DNA from: the human T2T-CHM13v2.0 reference genome, Homo sapiens
Direction: 5' to 3' (one strand)
DNA: 64,000 bases
NCBI RefSeq assembly: GCF_009914755.1
Contig: NC_060928.1
Below, in pieces: positions 1 to 11,484 of the stretch (position 1 is the first letter of the stretch; every line of letters starts with the position of its first letter). The position numbers and the translations under genes are program-made. Below the pieces are notes generated by a model. It worked only from the letters and a program-made list of their open reading frames with translations. It searched no databases and was not told where the DNA came from.

Positions 1-755
1 TCCCCCAGGTGTCTGTCTGTAAGCCCCTGACTGGAGCTTGTTGATTTCCTTCAGAGATGCCCTGCCTGGTGAGGAGTGATCTAGGGAAGCAGTCTGGCCA
101 CAGCCACTTTGCTGTGCTGTGGTGAATTCTGTCCCGTCCAAACCTCCCAGTTTCCTTAGCACTGTTAGGGGAAAAGCATGTACTAAAGCCACTGTAATGG
201 TGGTCCCCTCTCCCCCAACCCCAAACTCAGTTGTTCCAGGCAGACTCCAGACTGCTGTGCTGGCAGTGGGAATTTCAAGCCAGTGATTCTTAGCTTGCTG
301 GGCTCCATGGGAGTGGCACCATTGAGCAAGACCACTTAGCTCCCTGGCTTTAGGCCTCTTTCCGCAGTAGTGTGGATGGTTCTCCTGTCTCACTGGAGTT
401 CCAGGTGCCGCTGGAGTATGTAAAAAACTCCTGAAGCTCAGTGCCTGACCAAACAGCTGCCCAGATTTGTCCCTGAAAAGGCTCACGAGGGAATCTCCTG
501 ATCTGCAGATTGCAAAAATCCATGGGAAAAGCCTAGTACCCTTGGCGGGTAGCACAGTCCCTCACCATTTCCCCTGGCTGGGGAAGAAAGGTTGCTCCAC
601 TTTGTGCACTTCTCAGGTGAAACGACACCCCACCCTGGTTCTGCTGGCTCTCCGTGGTTCATGCCCACCACCTAGCCAGTCCCAATTACTGCCTTCTATA
701 TTGGTCTCACTGGGAGCTGAAGACCGGAGCTGTTTCTATTTGGTCATCTTGGCCC
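1..755 (-). mobile_element. L1 5'UTR (L1PA8-like primate LINE-1); element continues off the left edge
   Basis: Reverse complement of 721-755 reads GGGCCAAGATGACCAAATAGAAACAGCTCCGGTCT, matching the L1PA 5' start (GGCCAAGATGGCCGAATAGGAACAGCTCCGGTCT). The upstream sequence has typical older L1PA 5'UTR blocks. Confidence 0.85.
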
Positions 756-1571
756 AAGACCTATCCAAAATACTGAAAATCCTGTCCAGAAAATAATTAG
801 TAATCAATAAATTGTTATTATTTGTATTTTTATTCATCTATATTGGTATTATTTAATTCACTATTCCCACTGTTTTCTTAAATCCACAGAATTAGCATAA
901 ATCTTAAATGCAGAGAACAAAGGTGCAGTAGGGTACTTAGACTATCCATTATTTAGGCCACAGAAAGATTAAAGAGCAGGTGAGACCCAGATCCTCCAAT
1001 TGTTTCCTTTATCCACTCTAATCCATACAGCAAGTCACTTGTCCAAAGACAGCAGATTCAGAAACACAAATACATGGCACCTTAAACCTTAAATGAGAGT
1101 AAACATTGATAAAATCAGAAGTTAGTAAAGAACTAGACTCCTTTAAAAAAGTTTTTTAAAAATAATAATAACAAGATCTATTTGTCATAATTCAGCTTAG
1201 CCAAGCCCAAAGACTTTCTCTTTCCTGTGGCCTACCAATGTTCTGCTTTCTCTACAGCCTGATTATTTAACATTTTACTTTAACTATGGGGAAGGAAAAT
1301 CATTTTTAGGAAATGATCATTTTTAGTACTTGACCTGGAACCTTCCCTATATAGGAAACAGATAGCTAGACAAACATTTCTTTCCAGACAGCTGAAGTCA
1401 GTTAATATATCAAGTAAATCATGAGCATTAACAGTATCTCCAACTGGTTAGATATCAAACTTGTCTTCTAGGAAATCATGATGAAACAAATGTCTTCTGT
1501 TAAGAATCAAAGCTTTTGTCTCATTAAACAGCCTGTGCATTGTAATCTTGACATTGAAGCATGATGGATAA

Positions 1572-1966
<395 letters not shown>

Positions 1967-2844
1967 ATAACATGATTAAAACAAACAAACAAAGAAAAAA
2001 CTTAACATAGGACCTACCATAAAGTAAATGTTCGATAGATTATTGCATTTATCATTATCATCATCTGAAGTTTGTATGATGTCATATACCTACAATAAAG
2101 TAATTTGTACTTATCTTCCCCATTCTAAAGGTAAAGTATTAAGGCTATTTTGCCCAAAGGCACATAGTTAATAAAAATACATTAATGAATTATTACATTA
2201 CATTTTACATTTGTTTGTCTAAGCCTCAAACTGTTGTTTTTCCAATTGACAAAATTTAAGTGGCAGAACTTTATTTGATTCCAACAATTCCAACTCTTCT
2301 CATTCTGTAAAACTTCAAAGTCATAAATTGCTGAAGGATTATTTACTAAGACATAAACTTCTCCCTTCCTTCCTTATTTCTTTGCTTCATTCCCCAGTTC
2401 CCTTTGTCTTGGTTGTCAATAAATAGCACTTACAGTGAAAGGAGGAAAAAGAATAATGTTTATTCAGTTCCACAAATGTTCAAATATCAAGCACAGGCCC
2501 ACATGAAAAGATTCTTTTCTTCAGTGACTAAAAAGAAAACCACAATAGGAACCTATGACTGGCTCTAGGGCAAAAATATTTTACAATCTGCCAACTGATT
2601 GAAGCCCAACAGTTGCCTCAAATTTAAATAGTGAAAAAAGAGAGAATTTCATGACAGGTCAAGAGAAACAGGTTCATGTAGTGGCCTGAAGCTAGGCCAA
2701 GGGCATATTTCACAACAGGGTAAAAAAGTATTCTAACAATCTCAAAAATGTTGGAATTTATATGGTTTCAGTTATTTTATACTATACACAATATATGTTA
2801 CAAAAGTCAAGGAGTCTTTTTATAAGAATCCATGTAAGTGTTTC

Positions 2845-3141
2845 TTTTTTTTTTTCTTTTTGAGACAGAGTCTTGCTCTGTCGCCCAGACTGGAGTGCGG
2901 TGGTGCAATCTTGGCTCACTGCAAGCTCCGCCTCCAGGTTCACGCCATTCTCCTGCCTCAGCCGCCCGAGTAGCTGGGACTACAGGCGCCCGCCAGCACG
3001 CCAGGCTAATTTTTTGTATTTTTAGTAGAGATAGGGTTTCGCCATGTTAGCCAGGATGGTCTTGATTTCCTGACCTTGTGATCCACCTGCCTCGGCCTCC
3101 CAAAGTGCTGGGATTACAGGCGTGAGCCACCACGCCTGGCC
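2845..3141 (-). mobile_element. AluY SINE
   Basis: AluY diagnostics gcaagctccgcctcc..ggttcacgccattctcc. Perfect TSD taagtgtttctt at 2835-2846 and 3142-3153. Confidence 0.95.
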
Positions 3142-3827
3142 TAAGTGTTTCTTAACATACTAGTTTTTAGAATAGAGCCTGCTGGCATATTAAATTATAA
3201 CCTACACAAAATTAATAGGCTTTCAGAACCAGAAGATATCCACAGTTTTCTAAATTGATTGTTTCAGAGAATTATTTCTTGATGAATTTCTCCTGAAGGA
3301 GAGATTCCATGACTGACCAAATATGCTTAGGATTCATTTGGTCAAATAAACTTCAGCAACTCATTTTTTCTTTTCGTCTCCTAATTTTTTTAACTCCAGT
3401 ACTTTTAGTAGCCTTTAAAGTACGTTGTGAATTTCCAAGAGGAAGATACAGACTCCCTTATTTTTCAAGCTGATGTGGAAAGAGAATTTTTTTTCTACTA
3501 GTGCACTTATCAAGTGGTTCTGTTAAATAATGATTAGAAAAAATGCTAATGTAATTTAGGAGATTATAGTGTCCTAAAGACCAAAGAATGAACTTATTTT
3601 CTCAAGATCAACCAACTAATTAGTAATAGAGCTAAGAGACTTCTATGTTATCTCAGATTATCCAATGAAAAGATCTACTGGTCTTCAAAAAAAAAATGAA
3701 AAAGTTATCAATGGTAAGATACAACTTAATCCATAGCAAAACATATATATATATTAAAACACAGAAGATAGAGAATTAATCAAAGAATTGTTAGAATGTA
3801 CAGAATTTAGGATATAACATCATTGTT

Positions 3828-4275
3828 TTTAAACATTGGGCTACGCTAGCAGAATGTATAAATGTAAGATAGCATAGAATATATATATTATATATTTAAA
3901 CACTGGGCTATTCTAGCAGAATGTGTGAGTATGGTAGTATATACATACGTGTGTTTATGTGTATATATATGATACTATAAGATAAATAGTATATATATAA
4001 ACATATATACACTAAGATAGATACTATGCTATATTCATACATTCTGCTAGAATAGCCCAATGTTTAAATATATAATATATGTATGATATATATAGTATCT
4101 TCTATTCATTCTGCTAGAAGAGCCAACATATATATAATATATACTATCTTATATTTATATATTTATGAATATATATTTATATACACATAAATATATATGT
4201 ATGTGTATATATACATATATAAATGTATTTATGTACAAATATACATATATAATGTAAATCTATAATATATATTAT
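3828..4275. repeat. AT-rich region with two direct and two inverted copies of a ~67-bp unit, followed by (TA)n low complexity
   Basis: tttaaacattgggcta..ctagcagaatgt at 3828 and 3895. Inverted copies at 4039-4080 and 4107-4126. Confidence 0.9.
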
Positions 4276-4444
4276 GGATTTACAGGTGAAATTCTCTGAT
4301 AGAATAACGTGACTTCCAGTCTTAGCCCAAGTTTTGATGTATTTACCGTAGAAATGTAAAAGGGGACATTGTAGAAATGAGCAACTGGAAAAATATTCAT
4401 AGGTTATTCATAATATTATTTCTTAGAAGGATAATCTTTCCATC

Positions 4445-4780
4445 AATTCATTTGTTTATTTAACAAATACCAGTCAGGTACTTGGATGTGCCAGAAATTA
4501 TTTTACCTCTAGGGTATACACTGGTAAACAAAACAAGAAAGGTTCTTGTTTTCATGAAGTTTACATTCAAATGAGTAAAATGAACAATAAACAAGCAAAA
4601 AATAGATCATTGCAACCAAGCACTTTGAAGATAATAAAATGATAATGACATAAAGAAGGGAAGGAAGGGAGACTTTTCCCAGATGAGGAGAAAAACACTT
4701 AGAAAGAATGAGCAGAGAAGACCTACCTGAGGAAACAACATGTGCGCTGACACCCAAATGACAGAAAAAGAACTAGATAG
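4445..4780 (-). mobile_element. L2 3' end fragment
   Basis: attcatttgtttatttaacaaatac...gtgccag...ggtaaacaaaacaag, the typical antisense L2 terminus. Confidence 0.6.
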
Positions 4781-4781
4781 C

Positions 4782-5128
4782 TGTATGAGTTCATTTTCAC
4801 GCTACTATAAAGAAATACCTGAGATGGGGTAATTTGCAAAGAAAAGAGGTTTATTTGACTCAGAGTTTCACCTGGCTGAGGAGGCCTCAGGAAACTTACA
4901 ATCATGGTGAAAGGGGAAGCAGGAACCATCTTCACATGGAAGCAGGAGAGAGAAGAGCGTGTGAAGGAGGGACTGTCAAACACTTCTAAAATCATGAGAA
5001 CTCACTCATTATCATAAAAACAGCATGGGGAAAATTGCCCCTATGATCCAATCACCTCTCTCCCTCAAAAGTTGGGAATTACAATTTGAGATGAGATTTG
5101 TTTGGGGACACAGATCCAAACCATATCA
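4782..5128 (-). mobile_element. MaLR solo LTR (THE1D/MSTA-like)
   Basis: TG...CA ends (tgtatgagt...ccatatca). gaggcctcaggaaacttacaatcatgg motif. 5-bp TSD atagc on both sides. Confidence 0.9.
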
Positions 5129-5239
5129 ATAGCCATGTGAAAATCTGGAGGAAAGAACTATTGTTGAGTGGGAGGCTTCGTGTCCTAAAGGAATCATAAG
5201 AACAATATTTGAAACTCCAAAGGGGAGAATAAAGAACAT

Positions 5240-5645
5240 TGCTATGGTTTAAATATGTCCCCGACAATTTCATGTGTTGGTAACTTGACCCCCAATATTG
5301 TTGAGAGGTGGGACCTCTGGAAGATGATTGGGTCATGAAGGCTCTACCCTAATGAATTGATTAATAGATTGATAGACTAATGGGCTATTGAGGAAGTGGG
5401 TTAGTTATCAGGAGAGTTGTTCTGTTATAAAGTCATTTTGGTCATGTCTCATGAGCCCCCTCTCACCCTGTGATGCCTTCTGCCATGTTATGACATAGCA
5501 TGAGGCCCTCACCAGAAGCTGAACAGATTCAGCCCCTAGGCTTTGAACTTCCCAGCCTTCAGAACTCTAAGAAATAAATTTCTTTTCTTTATAAATTACC
5601 TAGTCTCCGGTATTCTATTATGGCAATAGAAAACAGATAAAAACA
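5240..5645 (+). mobile_element. MaLR solo LTR (MSTC/MSTD-like)
   Basis: Starts tgctatggtttaaatatgtcccc. Contains cccagccttcagaact...aataaatttcttttctttataaattacc, typical of the MST 3' end. Confidence 0.85.
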
Positions 5646-6072
5646 AATGGTCTCAAACTAAACAAGAAAGATGCAGGAATATAAAAGTATGATGATCAAA
5701 GAGATTCTAATACTAACAGTGCAGCAAAATGGTAAGCCTGTCCAAGATGACAGCAATGGTGAAAATTTGTGCTTTTACAGAAACAAGGTGTCTCCCCAAA
5801 AGAAGGACCCCTGAGATCTTTCTTTAAAGTACAGTTAACAGAAGATAACTAACATATTGAAAAGGAGGTTAAAAAAAGAGCAGCATGCAAAACATGGAAT
5901 ACCAGTTACTTAGTTCAGCCTAGCTGCTAGAGTGTTGCAGGAAAACAAAGCCCAGGAAGAACAAACATAATCTTCTAAATTTAAAGAACAGCAGCTGTAT
6001 GTGGATAAAAATATATTCCGCTTAGCATTGTGATGCAATGATAAAAGATTGAAATGGATGAAAGAAGATATT

Positions 6073-6440
6073 TGTCTTAGTCTGCTCAGTCTATCATAAC
6101 AAAATGCCATAGACTGCATGGCTTAAATAACAAATTTATTTTCACACAGTTCTGGAAGCAGAAAGTCTGAGATCAAGATGCCAGCATGGGCATTTTCTAG
6201 GGAGGTTTCCCTTCCTGATTTGCAGAAAGCAGCCTTCTCTCTGTATTCTCATCTGGCAAAGAGAGAGAGTTCTAGTGTCTCTTCTTATAAGGGCACTAAT
6301 CCTGTCATTAGGGCCCCACCCTTATAACCTCACCTGAACCTAATTATCTTCCATAGGCTCCATTTCCAAATACCATCACACTGGGGTTAGGGCTTCAACA
6401 TATGAATGATGGAGGAGGAGACACAAGTCAGTCCACAGCA
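6073..6440 (-). mobile_element. MaLR solo LTR (MLT1A-like)
   Basis: tgtcttagtc...ataacaaaatgccatagactg...ttagggcttcaacatatgaat...gtccacagca. Near-TSD atatt/acatt. Confidence 0.85.
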
Positions 6441-6551
6441 ACATTAAAGTTCTATTAGCTAAGTTTAGAAATTAATGGAAATATTTTCTAAACTGGATTT
6501 AGGATTATGACAAAAGAGTCTGAGGCATTTAAAAAATTAGAATGCTGCTAG

Positions 6552-6984
<433 letters not shown>

Positions 6985-7576
6985 AAGAAATAGGAACACT
7001 TTTACAGTGTTAGTGGGAGTGTAAATTAGTTCCACCATTGTGGAGGACAGTGTGGGGATTCCTCAAGGATCTAGAACTAGAAGTACCATTTGACCCAGCC
7101 ATCCCATTACTGGGTATATACCCAAAGGATTATAAATCATGCTACTATAAAGACACATGCACACATATGTTTATTGCGGCATTATTCACAATAGCAAAGA
7201 CTTGGAACCAACCCAAATGTCCAACAATGATAGACTGGATTAAGAAAATGTGGCACATATACACCATGGAATACTATGCAGCCATAAAAAATGATGAGTT
7301 CATGTCATTTGTAGGGACATGGATGAAATTGGAAACCATCATTCTCAGTAAACTATCGCAAGAACAAAAAACCAAACACCGCATATTCTCACTCATAGGT
7401 GGGAATTGAACAATGAGATCACATGGACACAGGAAGGGGAATATCACACTCTGGGGACTGTGGTGGGGAGGGGGGAGGGGGGAGGGATAGCACTGGGAGA
7501 TATACCTAATGCTAGATGACGAGTTAGTGGGTGCAGCGCACCAGCATGGCACATGTATACATATGTAACTAACCTG
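6985..7576 (+). mobile_element. L1PA 3' fragment (ORF2 C-terminus plus 3'UTR), chimeric old/young, lacking a poly(A) tail
   Basis: ORF 7038-7409 translates to the L1 ORF2 C-terminus (..MFIAALFTIAKTWNQPKCPTMIDWIKKMWHIYTMEYYAAIKNDEFMSF..IGGN). 3'UTR with G-tract and GAG diagnostic. Stops at gtaactaacctg. Confidence 0.95.
7038..7409 (+). pseudogene. LINE-1 ORF2p C-terminal fragment (not a functional gene)
   Basis: Translation matches the known L1 ORF2 C-terminal ~120 aa. The upstream EN/RT domains are absent. Confidence 0.9.
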
Positions 7577-7602
7577 TTTTAACCTTTCTTAAGATGGTCT
7601 TA

Positions 7603-7800
7603 AGAAATGGAGAGTTGGCATTCAAAGGGTATAAAGTTTCAGTTATGCAAAATGTATACATTCGAGAGATCTGCTGTGTAACATTGTGCCTATATTAACA
7701 GTACTGGACTATACACTAAAAATGTGTTGAAGGTACATTTCATATTAAGTGTTTCTAGCACAATAAAATAAAACAAAATGATTATTTCTGAGGAAAAAAA
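7603..7800 (+). mobile_element. L1M (L1MA/L1MB-type) 3' end
   Basis: gaaatggagagttg..caaagggtataaagtttcagttatgca..gagatctgctgt..aacattgtgcctat..cacaataaaataaaa. Confidence 0.75.
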
Positions 7801-9149
7801 AAGAATGTAGTAAAATATGTAACGGCATCAAGCACAATGCCTGGCACAGAGTAGGTTCTTATGAAAGTTTTCTTCTGCCCATTATACAAATCTAATTCAA
7901 AGTGGCTCATGCACAGAATTGTTTCTTCTTCTTCAGGCCTTAATTTCTGACATTTCAAGTTGGAAACCTCATTTCATATTTCTTTAAAGAGCTACATAAA
8001 TACAGTTGAACTGAGCTAACAATCTGATCTTCATTTTTAGTATTTGGGAAGAAAAATAATTCTCACTGAGTTTGCTACACCAGTGGTTTCCCAGAACCTT
8101 TTTATAAAACCAGTGCCCTTTGAGATCATCCCCAATACGGGGAGCCCAAATCATAGCCTGTTTAATCTAACATATGCCACAGACTCATAAAATTCACAAG
8201 GGAAATGTAAAAAGACCTTTGCAAATTCCCATATGTGTAAATGTCACTGTATCATGTAAGTTTTCACATAAGTCTGTTGAATGTAATGATGCATTTAAAT
8301 AACCCCCTCAGACCTCTAATGAGGGTTTCTGCATACCTGATAACAAGCTTAAAAAAAACAGAACCAAAGTGATATTGAGACACAGACTGATTGAAGAGGC
8401 TCACTCAAAGCCTCACAGGCTTTTTCCCCCACACGGGCCTCAAGGACACATGATTCAAACATAAGACTCAACACACAAGTGCTGCAATTTGTGAACTTTT
8501 TAGGTTTCCTATGAATTGTCAAAATCACAAGTGTTAACTTTGTGAATGGCAAGGCTCCACTTAACCATGAGATGGAATTCAGAGGAATAGCAGGAGGTGA
8601 AAGATCTGCACTGGAATAGAAAATGAATTAAGCACACAGATCTCTTGCAGCAGCATAAATGAGAGATTGCATATGTTCAACTCAGTCTTTATATGATCAG
8701 GTGAGATATGCAACAAGTTAGTATAAACAGGAGCTAATAACCTGAGTAACAAGCTCTGCTAAGAAATAAATATCCCCATGCTCCCATTACACAATGAACA
8801 TTCATTAGCATATAACCTTCCACTTACAAGTACACATGGGAAACCTGCCAATAGGACACTATATGCCAAAGACGATTAAATCAGCATTACAGAGAGAAGA
8901 TCACAAAAATAGACTTTCTAAACAATTTAACTAGAAGTACTACATTTGCTGGAAGACAGAGTTTAAAATCTCTTGCTGCCAGCAATTTGTAAAATGAAAT
9001 TTCAGACTAGTATGAGAAAGACAATACCAGGTGCTCTTTATTGCTAACCAACGTTGTTGTTCTATTACAAATGCCTTCCCACTTTAATGTTAGGGCATTC
9101 ATGTAAGTACTAAATTTCATTAAGTAGCACGGATGATGATGATGACCAT

Positions 9150-9390
9150 GATGACAATGATGATGATAGTGGGTTATGTCTATTGCATGCTTTCTACCTA
9201 CTAAGCTCTGTTCTATGTGCTGAAATGACCTTTAACTATCACAACAATCCTGTAAGATAAAACTTACTGTATTCCCATTTTATAGTAGGAGAAAAAGATG
9301 TACAGAGTGAGAAGGGATAACAGTAGAGACTGAAATCAAAAGGACATGGTTTGGTTCTAGAGTCTGAGCCCTTTAACAATTTGCTGCAGT
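9150..9390 (-). mobile_element. MIR fragment preceded by (GAT)n
   Basis: tcacaacaatcctgtaagata...attcccattttatag, the antisense MIR core. Confidence 0.6.
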
Positions 9391-9429
9391 GCTAAAGAAT
9401 AGTTAAGATAATTCAAATATCTCTTTGCC

Positions 9430-9560
9430 TCACTTTGCTATGAAACTGAGCAACTGACATAACCACTCTAAATGTAAATTTTTTCATCTGTAAAATGTAT
9501 ATGAATAAATATACCTAACTTCTATTTAAACTTATTGTAAGACTTAAGTGAGACTGAGAA
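9430..9560 (+). mobile_element. MIR fragment
   Basis: ttttcatctgtaaaatg...atacctaacttc...ttattgtaagacttaagtgaga, the sense MIR core. Confidence 0.5.
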
Positions 9561-10733
9561 TGGAACTCATATTACACAATATATGGAAGAAAAACTTCAA
9601 AAATATTATCTCTTAAGAGCTGTATTAGCTCTTATTTTATTAAAAGGAAATTACTTGTCATGTGACACTCTTGCCTTAAAAAATTACCCATTGATTTTAA
9701 AGTTAGCTTTATTAAAATACATCATAAACTGCATCCTTATATAAAAATATAAATTATATATTTATAAAATAATTCTTATTAGAAAGTATCATTATTCTTT
9801 GTAACAGAAAAATTTGAAATATCAAAGCAGATGTTATATTTAGGACAATAACAGTTATATAGAATATTACTAGCCTTTCTATACCTAAACCTAATCCACT
9901 TTTCAACATTCCTTTTTCTTAGGACTTATTTAAAAAATTGAAATTCTAGGTGAACTCACCTACAGCCTTATAAAATAACAAGGACTTTGGAGAAAAACTT
10001 TCACTAAACTTAAAAATTGTCTTTAAGAAAACATAAAAGTATCTTGAGAATTATGACATTATTGTATCAATTATCTATTGATAAAAAAAAGCAAGGAAAC
10101 AATCTCAGTGGCATCCCAAAATATTCAATGATTTTCATAGATGTACAGGTCGATCAGCCAAGGTGGCCCTGCTTCAGGCTTTGACAACTGAGGAAGCTCT
10201 TCTTCCTCATACAGGTCTGAAGTTGGCTGGGCGATTCTGTGCCATATATATTCCCTCGGGGTTTCGGTGTAAATGGGCAATACTACCCAGAGGAAGCTCT
10301 TCTCATAATCATGGCAAAGGCAAAGGAAGCAGAACACGCAAAGTAAAATCTAGACTTGTTACTAATAACATGTTACTTCTGCCTTGTTCTAAAAAGACAA
10401 TCTCTTTTTCATTTGGAAAAAGACAAGCTGTCTTACTTCATTTGTGTTACTATAAAGGAATACCTGAGGCTGGGTAATTTATAAGGAAAAAGGTTTGTTT
10501 GGTTCACAATTCTCATATCTAAAAATGTTCAAGACTGGGCATCTGGTGAAAGCTTCAGGCTGCTGCCACTCATGGCAGAAGGCGAAGGGAAGCCGGTGTG
10601 TGCAGAGATTACGTGGTGAGAGAGAAAGCAAGAGAGAGACGGAGGAGGTATCAGGCTCCTAACAACCAGCTCTCACGGGAACTAATAGAGCAAGAAGTCA
10701 CTCAACTTCACACTCAGTGAAAACATTAATCTA

Positions 10734-11049
<316 letters not shown>

Positions 11050-11484
11050 CTATTTATGAGGGATTCACTCCCATGACCCCAACAAACACCTTGCATTAGG
11101 CCTAACCTCCAACACTATGGATCATCAACATGAGATTTAGAAGGGACAAACATCCAAACTACAGCATTTCACTCCTGGAACCCCAGATCTCATGTTTTTC
11201 TCACATTGCAAAACAAAATCCCTTCCTAAAAGTCCCCAAAAGTCTTAACTTTTTTTAGCATCAACTCAAAAATTCAAAGTTTAAAGTTTCATCTGAGACT
11301 TAAAGCAAGTGTCTGCCAGCTATGAGCCTGTAAAATCAGTAACAAGCGATTTACTTCCAAGATACAATGGTTGTATCATTCCAAAGTAAACAGTCCCATT
11401 CCAAAAGGGAGAAATCAGTCATAAAAGGGGTAACAGACCCTATGCAAGTCTGAAACCCAGCAAAACAGACATTAAATGTCTTAT

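Noticed and set aside
8667-8713. Imperfect hairpin ttgcatat...atatgcaa
   Set aside because: Only 8 bp pair perfectly and the extension needs gaps; not distinguishable from background by eye.
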